NCBI GenBank assembly: GCA_039679385.1
Contig: JBDKVB010000168.1
Location: 334-64,333, forward strand
Direction of reading: 5' to 3'
Source: Armatimonadia bacterium
Lineage (GTDB): Bacteria; Armatimonadota; Zipacnadia; Zipacnadales; JABUFB01
DNA length: 64,000 nucleotides
Within the stretch, counting starts at the first letter, position 1; every line of letters begins with the position of its first letter. Made by a program: the position numbers and the translations under genes. Below, piece by piece: positions 46,823-58,300 of the stretch. Below the pieces are notes generated by a model, which was given only the letters and a program-made list of their open reading frames with translations, made no database searches and was not told the origin of the DNA.

Positions 46823-47827
46823 GTGATTACTGCTGCGGAAGTGAAGCAGGTCGCTCGCTCGCTGGGTGCCGATGTTGTGGGGATCGCCTCGATGGACCGC
46901 TGGGAAGGTGCGCCGCTGCAGATGGATCCGCGCCAGATCATGCCGGAAGCCAAGTCGCTGATTGCGATGGCCTTCCGGGTGATGCGCGGGAGCCTGCGCG
47001 GGATTGAGGAAGGAACGTTCTTCAGCAACTATGCGGCGATGGGCTACGGTGGTCTGACCTACCTGTACATCCCGCTGACGGTCATGAACTTGTCAAAGTA
47101 CATTGAGGACAGAGGATACGAGGCCATCCCGATTGGCCATCAGCACGAGTGGCGGGCGGTTGACGGTGAAGGGAACCTGCGCGGCAACGTCAGTCGGCCG
47201 GTAGCTCCCGGTCGTGCGTGCCCGGACGTCATGACGCATCTGCGGATCGCCGCGTACCTGGCGGGTCTGGGCGAGATCGGGTACAGCAAGGTGCTCCTGA
47301 CCCCTCAGTTCGGTCCGCGTCAGCGAATCGGTATCGTGCTCACCGAGGCCGAACTCGAACCCGATCCGATCTATGAGGGTCCGAAGCTGTGCAACCGCTG
47401 CATGGCCTGCGTGAAGGAGTGCCCGGGGAAGGCGATCAGCGGCGAGAAGACGGTGAAGGTGACCCTGGCCGGGCATGAGGTCGAGTGGGGCGAACTGGAC
47501 TGTGCGGCTTGCGACATCGCCTTCCGCGGCGGCCAGATCGCTGAGGGCGACGACGAGGCGCAGTACACGGAGGACATGTACGGGCACCGCATCACGCGTA
47601 GCCCCTACACACCCTTCTACCGCAAGCCGCGGAATCTGTACAACACGGGTCAGGCTGTGTGTGGCGGCCGCGGATGCCTGCGGGCCTGCATGGTCAGCCT
47701 CGAGAACCGGGACGTGCTGCAGAACAAGTTCGAGAAGCCCTTCCGGCGACAGAAGCCCTGGCTCGTAGACTGGTCCGACGATGCGGCAGAGGGCTTCAAG
47801 GAAGGCAAAGTCAAGGAAGCGGACTAA
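46823..47827 (+). CDS. epoxyqueuosine reductase (QueG)/reductive-dehalogenase-superfamily 4Fe-4S protein
   Basis: GTG start. N-terminus VARSLGADVVGIAS matches the QueG N-terminus. RIAAYLAGLGEIGYSKVLLTPQFGPRQRIGIVLTEAELEPD then CNRCMACVKECP (Cx2Cx2Cx3CP), with a second cluster CAAC...CGGRGC. Confidence 0.55.
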   Translation: MITAAEVKQVARSLGADVVGIASMDRWEGAPLQMDPRQIMPEAKSLIAMAFRVMRGSLRGIEEGTFFSNYAAMGYGGLTYLYIPLTVMNLSKYIEDRGYEAIPIGHQHEWRAVDGEGNLRGNVSRPVAPGRACPDVMTHLRIAAYLAGLGEIGYSKVLLTPQFGPRQRIGIVLTEAELEPDPIYEGPKLCNRCMACVKECPGKAISGEKTVKVTLAGHEVEWGELDCAACDIAFRGGQIAEGDDEAQYTEDMYGHRITRSPYTPFYRKPRNLYNTGQAVCGGRGCLRACMVSLENRDVLQNKFEKPFRRQKPWLVDWSDDAAEGFKEGKVKEAD

Positions 47828-47904
47828 GCGCACTCACGCCCTGGGAGGCCGAGACCGGTCTCCCAGGGTTCGTTTGGGTCGCCAGAGGAAGGACGCCGGC
47901 CATC

Positions 47905-48933
47905 GTGCGTTTCGCTGTCGGTTACCAGCTTGCAGGCGAGGACGAAGAGCCCTTTGTGAACCTGGTTCGGGACTACCGGGACCATATCGCGGAGGTGTAC
48001 TTCCCCTGGGCCGACCAGCCCTCGGGACGAGCGGCGCTTAACAAGCAGCGGGGCTACACCGACTGGACGGCACAGGCACGCCAGGAGGAGGAACTGCGGG
48101 AGCTGCGCCGGATGGGTGTGCGCCTCGACGTGCTGTTCAACGCGAACTGCTACGGCCGGTACGCGGTCAGTGAGTACCTGGAGTGCCAGGTGGGCTCGGT
48201 GCTGGAACACCTGGGAGAGATCGTCGGTGGAGTGGAAACGGTCACGACGACGTCACCGGCGGTCGCGCGGACGGTGAAGAAGCACTTCCCTGAGGTCGAG
48301 GTGCGGGCCTCGGTGAACATGCGGATCGGGACCGTCAAGGGGATGGAGTACCTGGCGGAGCTCTTCGACGGCTACCATGTGCAGCGGGACTACAACCGGG
48401 ACCTGGCTTACCTGCGAGAACTCAAGGAATGGGCCGACGGCGCCGGCAAGCGGCTCTACATGCTGGCAAACAGCGGCTGCATGAGCTTCTGCTCGGGCCA
48501 GAGCTTCCACGACAACATGGTGGCCCATGAGCAGGAGATCGACGAGACCCACAACATCGAGGGCTGGACGCCCCATGTGTGCTGGGCGTACCTGAAGAAC
48601 CCGGAGCACTGGGTCTCGGTGCTGCAAAACACGTGGATTCGCCCCGAGGATATCCACCACTACGAGGACCTGTTCCCCTATGTGAAGCTGGCGACGAGGA
48701 TGCATGCACGGCCGCGGGCGGTCGTGCGGGCTTACGTGGAAGGGCGTCACCGGGGCAATCTGCTCGACCTGTGTGAGCCCGGCTATGCCCCGGCCTTCGC
48801 GCCCTATGTGATCGACAACGAGGCCTTCCCCGCGGACTGGTTCGAGCGGACCTCGACCTGCGACCGGCGCTGCCATCGCTGCGGGTACTGTCAGTCGGTG
48901 CTCGAGACCGTGCTGGTGAAGATGGAGTTCTGA
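47905..48933 (+). CDS. hypothetical protein, peptidase-U32-like TIM barrel with C-terminal Cys cluster
   Basis: GTG start with AGGAAGGA RBS. EVYFPW, RLDVLFNANCYG, RLYMLANSGCMSFCSGQSF (U32-signature-like) and C-terminal CDRRCHRCGYC. Confidence 0.4.
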   Translation: MRFAVGYQLAGEDEEPFVNLVRDYRDHIAEVYFPWADQPSGRAALNKQRGYTDWTAQARQEEELRELRRMGVRLDVLFNANCYGRYAVSEYLECQVGSVLEHLGEIVGGVETVTTTSPAVARTVKKHFPEVEVRASVNMRIGTVKGMEYLAELFDGYHVQRDYNRDLAYLRELKEWADGAGKRLYMLANSGCMSFCSGQSFHDNMVAHEQEIDETHNIEGWTPHVCWAYLKNPEHWVSVLQNTWIRPEDIHHYEDLFPYVKLATRMHARPRAVVRAYVEGRHRGNLLDLCEPGYAPAFAPYVIDNEAFPADWFERTSTCDRRCHRCGYCQSVLETVLVKMEF

Positions 48934-48946
48934 GCGCCCGGGGAGG

Positions 48947-49822
48947 TTATCCGGGCGCTGCTGCCTTCCGCAGGGCCGTCGTTAGCTCGTGCAGGTCGAA
49001 GATGTAGCCGAACATCGTGCTGGTCTTCCAATAGGCGTACTCCAGGTTCAGCTCCCCGACAGCCGACTCGCGGTTCTCAATGGCGACGCAGCCACCTCGA
49101 ACCGCCGAGCACAGAAACCCCTTCCGCTGCATGTCGGACATCCCCGCCGTAGAGAACCACAGACACCAGTTCAGCGCCCAGCCGCAGTAGAGGAGGTGGT
49201 TGATGCCGCGGTTCTTGAGCAGCCGTGCGAGCTGCCAGGCCTGCGATACGACCAGGTCTTCCGGCGCCGGGGTCAGGAGGCTGTCGGACAGGGAGAAGCC
49301 CGGATCCGGCGGCTCAAGGGCCATCGGCGCCGTGTTGTCGCGGGGCAGGTCGAAGACGTCACGGCGATGGCGAGCGAAGAGCTCGGGATTGTCAGGAAGC
49401 ACGTCAGGATCGGCCGGAGGCGGATCGCCGACCTCGCTGAGGCACTTCTCCCAGACTGGGCCGGTACCGTCGACGCCGTCGATGTGTACGATCTGGAGGC
49501 CGGATTCTCGCGCCGCCTCGACGAGTCTGGGCATGCGGAAGGCGACGACCTCCATGGTGCGCGGTACCCACTCGACGGTGCCCAGGTGATTCGGGTTCGG
49601 GCAGTCGGGTCCCCACTCGGTCTGCGGTGTGAGACCTGTTGCCGGAAGGTGCATCAGGGCGAGGCAGGTGCGGTCGAGGTCCAGCTCACGGAGCTCGCTG
49701 TCCCAGCCACGGAACCCTGCAGCGGCCTCGCGCCAACGGGAGAAGTCGGCCGGGTAGTGCCGGTAGATGTGCCAGGGAACCGTGACGCTGTGGCTCCTGA
49801 TCTGGGAAGGCCTAAGATGCAT
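48947..49822 (-). CDS. hypothetical protein (possibly isochorismatase-like hydrolase)
   Basis: Start at MHLRPSQ (49822). LLYCGWALNWCLWFSTAGM loosely resembles the isochorismatase catalytic Cys region. Confidence 0.4.
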   Translation of the reverse strand: MHLRPSQIRSHSVTVPWHIYRHYPADFSRWREAAAGFRGWDSELRELDLDRTCLALMHLPATGLTPQTEWGPDCPNPNHLGTVEWVPRTMEVVAFRMPRLVEAARESGLQIVHIDGVDGTGPVWEKCLSEVGDPPPADPDVLPDNPELFARHRRDVFDLPRDNTAPMALEPPDPGFSLSDSLLTPAPEDLVVSQAWQLARLLKNRGINHLLYCGWALNWCLWFSTAGMSDMQRKGFLCSAVRGGCVAIENRESAVGELNLEYAYWKTSTMFGYIFDLHELTTALRKAAAPG

Positions 49823-50783
49823 TGGGTCGCGCACCTCCTGCGGGCTGCTTGTCGACGTACCTGGGAGCGCCGATCTCCTCGGTGAGGTCCTCAAGGAAGG
49901 TGACGGTGCCTGGTGCGGTCTGGAGATAGGAAGCCGGGATGTGCGGCGTCACCGGTCCGTGGGTTGCGAGGCGTCCGACGAAGCGCTGCCAACTGATGCC
50001 CGGTCCGAGGAGGGCGTCGAGGTAGAAGCAGCGTCGCTGAGCGCCGAGGATGACGGCTGGCCCAACGGTGTAGGCACAGGAGGGCAGGAGCGACCAATCG
50101 CCGCCGCCACGGAGGCAATTCTGCAGCACCGTCATGGGATGCAGCCGGACCAGGGCGGAGTGCCCCTTCCGCCAGTCCTCCTCCGTCGCAAACTCCTCCG
50201 CCAGGTGCGGATCCCAGAAGGCGAAGTGGCCGGCCCAGCCGACGCCACCGTAGACAACATCGGCACCTCGTCCGTCGGAAGCCTCAAGGATCATCTCGTC
50301 GTAGCGCTCGATGTTGTCGGGACCGGGGAAGTGGAGTTGCTCCGGCTTCACGCCGGCCTCCTCCAGAGGATCGAAGAGACGCCCGCGCACCGTGAACTCG
50401 AAGCTCCAGGGCGAGGACTTGTCGATGGTGCGACCGTCCTCGAAGGCATACTCGTCAAGGAAGAAGAGGCGGCAGTGGTCGAGGGGAGTGCCGGTCTCAA
50501 GGATGCGCCGGGCCAGCAGGGGATACTGAGCGACCGGTCCGACGGGAAAGATGCCGACATAGGGCCGACCTGCCGCAGCGGCCGCCTGGATAGACTGAAG
50601 CATGTCCTCCGCGAAGGACTGGTACAGCTCTGCGGCTGTTGCGATGACCTTGATATGGAAGTCGGGATGGTGGTGGGGCTCGCGACGCGTGATCTGGTCT
50701 CTGGGGAGCTCGCGCACGGCGGTACAAGCGGCGAGATCCCTGAAGGGAAAGACGTACTGCAGATCGGCTCCGAGTGGCAGCAA
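49812..50783 (-). CDS. glucosamine-6-phosphate deaminase/isomerase (NagB)-like protein, long subfamily, paralog 2
   Basis: TTG start with AAAGGAGGAA 5 nt upstream. N-terminus is colinear with the 24683 paralog. FFLDEYAFEDG and YGGVGWAGHFAFWDP motifs. The ORF-track 5' extension is rejected. Confidence 0.6.
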   Translation of the reverse strand: MLPLGADLQYVFPFRDLAACTAVRELPRDQITRREPHHHPDFHIKVIATAAELYQSFAEDMLQSIQAAAAAGRPYVGIFPVGPVAQYPLLARRILETGTPLDHCRLFFLDEYAFEDGRTIDKSSPWSFEFTVRGRLFDPLEEAGVKPEQLHFPGPDNIERYDEMILEASDGRGADVVYGGVGWAGHFAFWDPHLAEEFATEEDWRKGHSALVRLHPMTVLQNCLRGGGDWSLLPSCAYTVGPAVILGAQRRCFYLDALLGPGISWQRFVGRLATHGPVTPHIPASYLQTAPGTVTFLEDLTEEIGAPRYVDKQPAGGARPNAS

Positions 50784-51034
50784 GACGATTCCTCCTTTGG
50801 CAAGGGTGCCCCGAGACCAGGGATTGGCAGCAGTCTCTCTGGGGCACCGTACAGGCAGACATTTCCCGCTCCGTGGGCGAAGGGCCTCCAAGGTCGCGAG
50901 GGTCGAAAGGGAGAATAGCGAGCAGGGGGAAGGTGCAGCAGGGGCCCAGGGAGGTAGAAGACAGCAGCCCGCAAGGACCATCCCAGGAGTTGCAGTAACC
51001 GTGCGAGGCAACACCGGTTTGAGGAGATGATCGC

Positions 51035-52294
51035 ATGAGACTCGAAGAAGCTCTGAAAGCCTTGCAGCTTGAGGGAAGCACCGCGCTGTTTGAGCCGTAC
51101 TGGGAGGATTCGGAACGGACAATCCCTGAGCAGGGACCGAGGTTTCTGCAGCCCCTTGAGATCACACGCAACCGCGAGTACGCAGGCCTGCCGGCGGAGG
51201 TCGATGAGGGGCTGCTGGAGTGTGCCCGACAGGTGCGGGAGACACCGGCGCTGGCGCAACTGGCCTGGCACTGTGCGCGGCTGCTTTATGTACATAGGAG
51301 CTATCCACCGGCCCAGATACGGTGCTGGCCGACCCTGGAGGCTACCTTCGGGGACCAGGCGGGCCTGTTCTACCTGATCGTGGCCCTTGAGGCGGTCCCA
51401 CGGATGAGGGCGTACCACATCGCCCACGGAGTGCCGGATGACGTTACGCGGGCGACGACCACGCACTTCACGGAGTCGACGCGGATCTACCAGGAGCACC
51501 ACGGGGACCGCTGGGGAGTGCTGCCACGGGTGCTGTATTGGCTGCGCAACCATACGGGCGGCGAACTCTACTGCCTGGGCCGGTTTGAGTACATGGTGCG
51601 ACCCTTCTGGGGTCGAGTGAAGGCCTTCCAGAACGACGAGACGGGGGAGATTCTGGCGCTGTCTTGCGACGGAATCCACTACGATGCCCAGGGCTTCGCG
51701 GTGAGCTCTGAGGAGCCGGCGTCGTGGAAGGCGCACCTGATCGAGGAGCCGGAGGTGGTTCGAGGGTTCCCGATTGCGCCGACCGGGACGGCGGTCAAGG
51801 CCGAAGTGAAGCTCCCAAGGTCGTCGTGGCGGTGCATGCTGCAGCCGGGCGACCCGATCCTGGAGACGCACATTCCCGCCGGAGGGAACATGACGCCGGA
51901 GCGCTGCCGGGAGAGCATGCAGCGGGCGTTGTACTTCTTCCCGCGGTTCTTCCCAGAGCGCCCCTTTGTGGCCTTTGGCTGCGCGTCGTGGATTCTGAAC
52001 CCGGAGCTGGAGACCATCTGCGGTCCCTCGTGGAACATGGTGCAGTGGCAGCGGGAGCTGTATCTGTTCCCGGTGTACTCCAACGGGCGAGACGGCCTGT
52101 ACTTCGTGTTTGGCCAGGACGAGATTGAGGTGGCGACGGCGCCACGGGATACGAGCCTGCGGCGTGCGCTGCTTGACCATCTGGCGGCCGGGCGACCCTT
52201 GCGCAGTGGCGGCATGTTCATGCTGCGCGAGGACTTCCGCCACTACGGCAGCCAGCATTATCGATCGATGTGGCCGCCCTCCGTCTTGAGGTAG
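51035..52294 (+). CDS. hypothetical protein (about 420 aa, soluble)
   Basis: Long ORF with coding-like composition. No family recognised. Confidence 0.5.
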   Translation: MRLEEALKALQLEGSTALFEPYWEDSERTIPEQGPRFLQPLEITRNREYAGLPAEVDEGLLECARQVRETPALAQLAWHCARLLYVHRSYPPAQIRCWPTLEATFGDQAGLFYLIVALEAVPRMRAYHIAHGVPDDVTRATTTHFTESTRIYQEHHGDRWGVLPRVLYWLRNHTGGELYCLGRFEYMVRPFWGRVKAFQNDETGEILALSCDGIHYDAQGFAVSSEEPASWKAHLIEEPEVVRGFPIAPTGTAVKAEVKLPRSSWRCMLQPGDPILETHIPAGGNMTPERCRESMQRALYFFPRFFPERPFVAFGCASWILNPELETICGPSWNMVQWQRELYLFPVYSNGRDGLYFVFGQDEIEVATAPRDTSLRRALLDHLAAGRPLRSGGMFMLREDFRHYGSQHYRSMWPPSVLR

Positions 52295-52333
52295 GGGCGA
52301 AGGACGGCCCAGGAACTGAGGTGTTTTCTGAGT

Positions 52334-53158
52334 ATGGCCTGCGGCAACTCCCAGTCCGGAGCACGCGCTCCGCTATGCCTTATTCGTTACGATACTGAGC
52401 GAAACGACGCGGCATCGATGGAAGGGTTTCTGGCGACGGTGGTTCGCGTCCATCGGCAGCACCAGATCCCGGTGACGCTGTTCTGCACCGGTGGAGCCCT
52501 CGACGCGAGAGAACAGGCCTTCCGCGACTTCTATGCAGAAGTGCGGGACGACCCGCTGTTTGACATCGAGGACCACAGCTACACGCACATCGGCCTGGGC
52601 TACAACCGGGGCCAGGAGGTCTCGGTCCTGCGAGCCGACTATGAGCGGTCCTTCGCCTCCCATGAGCGGGTGTTCGGGGTCCGCCCGATTGGTATCTCGG
52701 TGTGCGGCACCAGTGGCAGAGACGGCGAGTCGATCCCCTTCGACGCGACGGAGAAGTCGCGGGCTGAGCTGGATATGGTGTGCGACCTGGGCGTGCGGTT
52801 CATCAACACGAAGCTGACAGGGCACGACGGCGCCAGCGAGTTCACCAGCTACGCAGCGATCGGGCACCCGGAAGTCATGGGCTTTGCGAGCGGGCCTGGT
52901 GACACGGGCTGGATGTACCGGCGCGAGTATGGCGGGAAGCCGGTCGAAGACCCTGTAGCCCTCATCTGCGGCCTGACGAAGGAAGCAGCGGCGACGGGAC
53001 GCAACTTCGCACCGATCCTGCACGACTGGGTGGCATGGCTGCATGGGCCGGACAAGGAACTGGGGCATGTCGTGCGGCTTGCGGAGACGGCCCGCGAGTG
53101 TGGGTACGAGTTGCGGAACCACCGTCAGTGCTATGAGGACAAGGCGCTGTGGCAGTAG
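52334..53158 (+). CDS. polysaccharide deacetylase (CE4/NodB-like) family protein
   Basis: DHSYTHIG matches the NodB HSxxH motif 2. Divergent motif 1 (VTLFCTGG) and conserved DxxD-like region. Confidence 0.6.
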   Translation: MACGNSQSGARAPLCLIRYDTERNDAASMEGFLATVVRVHRQHQIPVTLFCTGGALDAREQAFRDFYAEVRDDPLFDIEDHSYTHIGLGYNRGQEVSVLRADYERSFASHERVFGVRPIGISVCGTSGRDGESIPFDATEKSRAELDMVCDLGVRFINTKLTGHDGASEFTSYAAIGHPEVMGFASGPGDTGWMYRREYGGKPVEDPVALICGLTKEAAATGRNFAPILHDWVAWLHGPDKELGHVVRLAETARECGYELRNHRQCYEDKALWQ

Positions 53159-53211
53159 AGGGTGAGCGGGCAAGAGGTTGACCGAAGGCCGGGAATCGGA
53201 GGAGGGTCACC

Positions 53212-55209
53212 ATGGCGACCATCAGGCGGTTCGACCTAGCCGGGGCAGCTCTTCAGGGCGAAGGGGTGCGAATCGAGGAGAGCGGTGAGGGGACGGCTCG
53301 GATCCGGGTAGGCCCCTCAGGCGGGATGCTGCGCTTTGCCGGGCCGGTAGTGACCAAGGAGTACTGGCCGACCAAGGGCATGGTCTCGGTGGAGGTGTAT
53401 CACGAGATGCCCCTGACGCTGCCGGTTCGGTTCGCTTTCGGAGAGCGGGAGGACGAACCGGCGGTCATCCAGGCCACCGCAGGAGTTCTGCCCCAGGTCA
53501 GGACACGGGTGATGTTCCCGCTGTCGGCGCTGAAGGGCGAGACGGTGTTCGTGCCGCGGACTCCGGGGCGGCTGAAGATGGTGGTCGGTGGGAGGCCTTC
53601 GCATCCCGACGCGATTGTCTGGGTCGGTGTGGGAATCGGTGCCATCGGGGAAGGTGGCTGGGTCGAGTTCGCGGACCTGCAGCTTCTCGACGACCTTGAG
53701 GTAGTTGCCCCTGAGGGCGAGCCAGTGGTCGATGAACTCGGGCAGTGGACCGCCAAGACGTGGCCGGGGAAGACGCCCAGTGAGGACGAACTGCGGGAGC
53801 GCCTGCTTGCGGCGAAGGCAGCGCCTGAGACACCCGTGCCGGGACGGACGACTTACGGTGGCAGCTCGGAGATCCGGTTTGAGGCGACGGGGTTCTTCCG
53901 GACGCAGCATGACGGAAAGCGCTGGTGGCTTGTGGATCCGGAAGGTGGGGCGTTCTGGAGCGCCGGGGTGGACTGCGTGCGGCCCGAGATGGAGTGCTTC
54001 GTCGAAGGCAACGAGAACCTGTGTGCCTTCCTGCCACCGCGGGAGGGAGAGTTCGCTGACGCCTGGGGTGGCGAGAGCCGGTTCAACTGGTCCATCGCGA
54101 ACCTGATCCGTGTGTTTGGCCGGGGATGGCGCGAGGCCTGGGAGGACCTGGCACGCAAGTCGCTGGTGAACTGGGGCTTCAACACGGTGGCGAACTGGTC
54201 GGAGGAGAGCTTCGCGCGGCGCAGTCGCTTGCCCTATGTGCTGCCCTTGCCCAACTTCCCGAGGACGGAGCACACGGTGTTCCGCGATTTCCCCGATGTC
54301 TTCTCGCCCGCCTACACCCGCGCCGCTCAGCAGTTCGCGGACCAGCTTGTAGCGTACCGAGAGGACCCCTATCTGATCGGGTACTTCCTGCGCAACGAAC
54401 CACTGTGGGGCTTCGGGCAGTTCCGGATCGCGGAGGAGCTGCTGTGTCATGAGGCTCACCGCGCACCAGGCTGTCGTCAGGTGCTTGCGCAGACGCTGGC
54501 CTTGAAGTACCGCGGCAGCGCCGAGCGGTTCTGCCGGGAGTGGGGTGGAGCCGTCGCGACCTTCGATGAGCTCGAGCAGGTGGTGTTCCCCTCGGCAGAC
54601 TGGCTCACGGACCGGGCACGGCGTGACCTGAGCGAGTTCTCGCGCAGGATGGTTGAGCGGTACGTCCGAGTGCCCAGTGAAGCGTGCCGGCTGGTCGACC
54701 CGCAGCACCTGAACCTGGGCATGCGCTGGGCCTGGATCGCCTCGGAAGACCTGCTCGCCGGGTCGGACGTGTTCGATGTGTTCTCGCTGAACATGTACCA
54801 GATGGCGCCGGACCGAGCGATGATTGAGCGGGCCTCGAAGGCCTCGGGCAAGCCGGTAATGATCGGCGAGTACCACTGGGGCGCCCGGGATGTGGGACTA
54901 CCCTCCACGGGTCTGCGGGCCGTCGCGAGTCAGGCGGACCGCGGGAAGGCCTACCGGTATTATGTGGAGCAGGGCGCCGCGATTCCGGAGCTGGTCGGTG
55001 CGCACTACTTCCAGATGAACGACCAGCCAGTCCTGGGGCGGTTTGATGGAGAGAACTTCCAGATTGGCCTGGTGGACATCTGCTGGCGGCCCTACGAGGC
55101 GATGGTTGCTGCAGCCCGAGAGACTCACGAGCGGCTATATGAGGTGGCTGCCGGGAAGGTGAAGCCCTTCGCTGAGGAGCCCGAGGAGTTAGTGCGGGTC
55201 GGGTTCTGA
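53212..55209 (+). CDS. clan GH-A (GH5-like) glycoside hydrolase with N-terminal beta-sandwich domain
   Basis: NEP acid/base motif FLRNEPLWG. Nucleophile motif VMIGEYHWG. RWWLVDPEG and GAHYFQMNDQP are shared with the 45147 paralog. Confidence 0.6.
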   Translation: MATIRRFDLAGAALQGEGVRIEESGEGTARIRVGPSGGMLRFAGPVVTKEYWPTKGMVSVEVYHEMPLTLPVRFAFGEREDEPAVIQATAGVLPQVRTRVMFPLSALKGETVFVPRTPGRLKMVVGGRPSHPDAIVWVGVGIGAIGEGGWVEFADLQLLDDLEVVAPEGEPVVDELGQWTAKTWPGKTPSEDELRERLLAAKAAPETPVPGRTTYGGSSEIRFEATGFFRTQHDGKRWWLVDPEGGAFWSAGVDCVRPEMECFVEGNENLCAFLPPREGEFADAWGGESRFNWSIANLIRVFGRGWREAWEDLARKSLVNWGFNTVANWSEESFARRSRLPYVLPLPNFPRTEHTVFRDFPDVFSPAYTRAAQQFADQLVAYREDPYLIGYFLRNEPLWGFGQFRIAEELLCHEAHRAPGCRQVLAQTLALKYRGSAERFCREWGGAVATFDELEQVVFPSADWLTDRARRDLSEFSRRMVERYVRVPSEACRLVDPQHLNLGMRWAWIASEDLLAGSDVFDVFSLNMYQMAPDRAMIERASKASGKPVMIGEYHWGARDVGLPSTGLRAVASQADRGKAYRYYVEQGAAIPELVGAHYFQMNDQPVLGRFDGENFQIGLVDICWRPYEAMVAAARETHERLYEVAAGKVKPFAEEPEELVRVGF

Positions 55210-55367
55210 TAGTGTTACCACGGTTGCGGAACAGGTGGGAGGTCTTTGGTGGGAGTGGGCGGAAAAGCTGGTCGTTCCCCGTGGGGCCGATGGCGCAGGT
55301 GAGTGGGTGCGGAGGTCCATGGGTACTTCGTGAACCGGGCGTCTCCAGACGCAGGTGATCGCAAAGG

Positions 55368-58300
55368 ATGATGACGATGCGTGTCGTGAGCCTTGTGGTA
55401 CTGGCGGCTATGAGCCTGGGCGTGGCATGGGCGGAAGAGCCTCCCATGCTACTGAACGGCTTTGAGACTACTGCCGGGCTGTCCATGACCTTCGATGCAA
55501 AGTTGCCCGACAGCAAACTGAGCCTGAACGTGGACCCGGCGTACGTGTCCGAGGGTAAGAGCAGCCTGCTGATGCAGAGCGCGTCGCCGAAGGACGCCAC
55601 CGGGAACTCCTATGTTGGTGTGACCTTCAAGCTGAACAAAGCGGTGAGCCTCAAGGGGCGGGCGCTGGTTCTCGACGTGTGGACTGCAGAGCCCGGGAAG
55701 ATGAAGGCTCTCTACGTGCGAGGCTTTGATGCCGCGAACAAATGCGCACTGAGCTGGCAAACGTGGAACTGGGGCGGCGCGGTTGGGAAGAAGACGGAGG
55801 TGCAGCTCATCCCGGGTATGTCGCTGGGCGGCTACATGTGGGAGCCGTCCATGGCAGTAAGCCCGGACCGGGAGACCATCAGCCGGATCGAGATCATCTT
55901 TGGCGTGTCGGACCGTAGCGTGCCGTATGGCGCGTATCTGGACAACGTGCGGGTCATCCCGTGCGAGGTGAAGTCTTTTATGGATGTCAACAAGGCGCGA
56001 CCGCGCTGCCCTGAGACGGCGCTGGTCCGCGACGGCCAAGCCTCCGCCGCAATCGTCTGTCCGAGTGAACCCGCCTGGCGCACCGTCGCCGGGGAGTTGC
56101 AGTCGGCGCTGACCAAGAAGCTCGGTGTGTCCTTCGCTGTGAAGAGTGCGGAGGAACTGTCTGACGAGGACCTCACGAAGACCAACGCAATCCTCCTTGG
56201 GACGGTTGTCAACAACCGGCGGGTTCTGCCGCTGTACTCGCACCTGCAGACCTATGCCGACGACCTGTACCCCGGGCCGGAGGGCTACGTGGTGCAGTCG
56301 ATTCATGATCCCTGGGGCACCCGCAACAATGTTCTTCTGATCGGCGCGAGTACCCCGGCCGGAGCTCGCGAAGGGATGACCGAGTTGCTGGCGGCGATCC
56401 CGACCACGGGGACCGTTGGCCCGGTGTTCAAAGTCAAGCTGACTGGCATCGCCAAGGAGCGCTTCGGGAGTGTCCTGACGCGCGAGCCGGATGCGGCGTA
56501 CATCAAGAGCCAGCAGGCGGCGGCGGAGAAGGCGCTGGCTGAAGGTGGGCACACGGGGCTGTTCAGCCAGATTGCCTCGGTGGGCAGCCTGTATGCGCAG
56601 ACCCACAAGGACGGCTATGCCACGCTGTTCGCCTGGCTGGCCAAGCGTGCTGCTGAGTACCACGACACGAACCCGGGCACCTATGGCGGACCTTGGGGTA
56701 TGGACTCGGACTTCCCGTCCAGCAAGGTGATTCCGCTGTGGGCAGTGACGGAGCAGAGTCCGGCCCTGAGCGACGAGGACCGGCTTGAGGTCACCAAGGT
56801 GCTGTTCCGGTGGATCTCGGACGTGTGTCCGGTCGAGACGCCCTCGGCCAAGAACGAGAATGTGCGTTTCAACCACGGGACCCACCCCGCGCTCGGGTGT
56901 CTGTTTGCCGGCCAGTACTTCACGCGCTACTACGATGCGGCCGAGGCACGGACTTGGCTTGACTTGGCCGATGGCTGCTTCCAGTTCCAGGCCAAGGCGA
57001 GCAAGCCTAATGAGGACTGCAACGGCTACCAGTGGCTGACGCTGTACCACATGATGACCTACGCGCTGGCAAAACCCGACTTCACGCTTTTTGAGAACGG
57101 GAATGCGCGACGCAGCGCCGACTTCGGCATCCTGTGCATGGACAACCTGGGGTACTCGGTGACCTACGGCGACACAGGGGCCTATGTCGGTTGGTGGAGT
57201 GAGATGCCCTTCCTGATGGGTGCGGCGTGGTACTACCGCGATCCCCGGTACGCCTGGGCCCTGGAGAAGAAGCAGGCTGTGAGCGGCCGCGTGAGCATGG
57301 GCGAGTACAACTGCCTGCCGACCGTGGAAGCCGCGGCCGGTAGCGGCCTGAAGCCGCCTGCGGACCTTCTGGGCACGAAGGCCTGGCCCCTTGACCCCTA
57401 CTATTACAAGACCTTCGGTGGGCCGCAGGTGCAGTCCCTGGAGCAGTCGGTCGACAAGGTGGTGTTCCGCAACGGCTTCGACCCGCAGGACCAGTACCTG
57501 CTGCTGGACGGGCTGAGCAATGGCGGCCACAAGCACCTCGACGGGAACTCGATCTCCCGCTGGTCGGAGAAGGGACGCATCTGGCTTGCCGACGCGGACT
57601 ACATCCTGGCGGCGCCCAAGTACCACAACGGCGTGCTGATCTTCCGTGACGGGCAGTCGCAGCAGATCCCGGACTTCTGCGAGATCGAGCACAACGTCGA
57701 CTTCAGCCAGTTCGGGGGCACGACCACGACCTTCCGGAACTATGCAGGGGTCGACTGGCGGCGGCACATCCTGTGGCTGAAGGGCAATAGCTTCCTGGTG
57801 GCCGATGAGATGGTTGCCAAGGAGGATGGCGACTACAGCTTCCGCGTTGTGTGGAACACGGTTGGTGAAGTCAGCCTCATGGGGCCGGGCTTGAACATCC
57901 ACCAGGATGGTCAGTATGCCTCGATCGCGGTGAGCCCGGACTGCCGGCTGCTTCTGGATAACGACCCGGACTACGGCAAGAACTGGAGCGGGTACAAGTA
58001 CATCAAGGAGCCGGTGGTGCGGGTGTTCAAGGCGGTGCGTGACTGCAAGCTGAAGGCGGGGGAGAGGACCGTCATCTACTCGCTGCTGACCGCTACCGGT
58101 GACAAGCAGGTCATGCCGCGTCTGGTGCCCTTTGCCGACCGCTGGGTTGCCGTGGACGGTCTTGCAGACCCGATCGTCGCTGGAGTCGGCGGAGTCCACT
58201 GGGAGATGCACGGTCTGGGAGTGCCGGAGGTCGATGCCGATGACATCGTCTACACGCCCTCGCGGGTGTGGCTGGTGGGTGCAGACCGGATCGACGGGGG

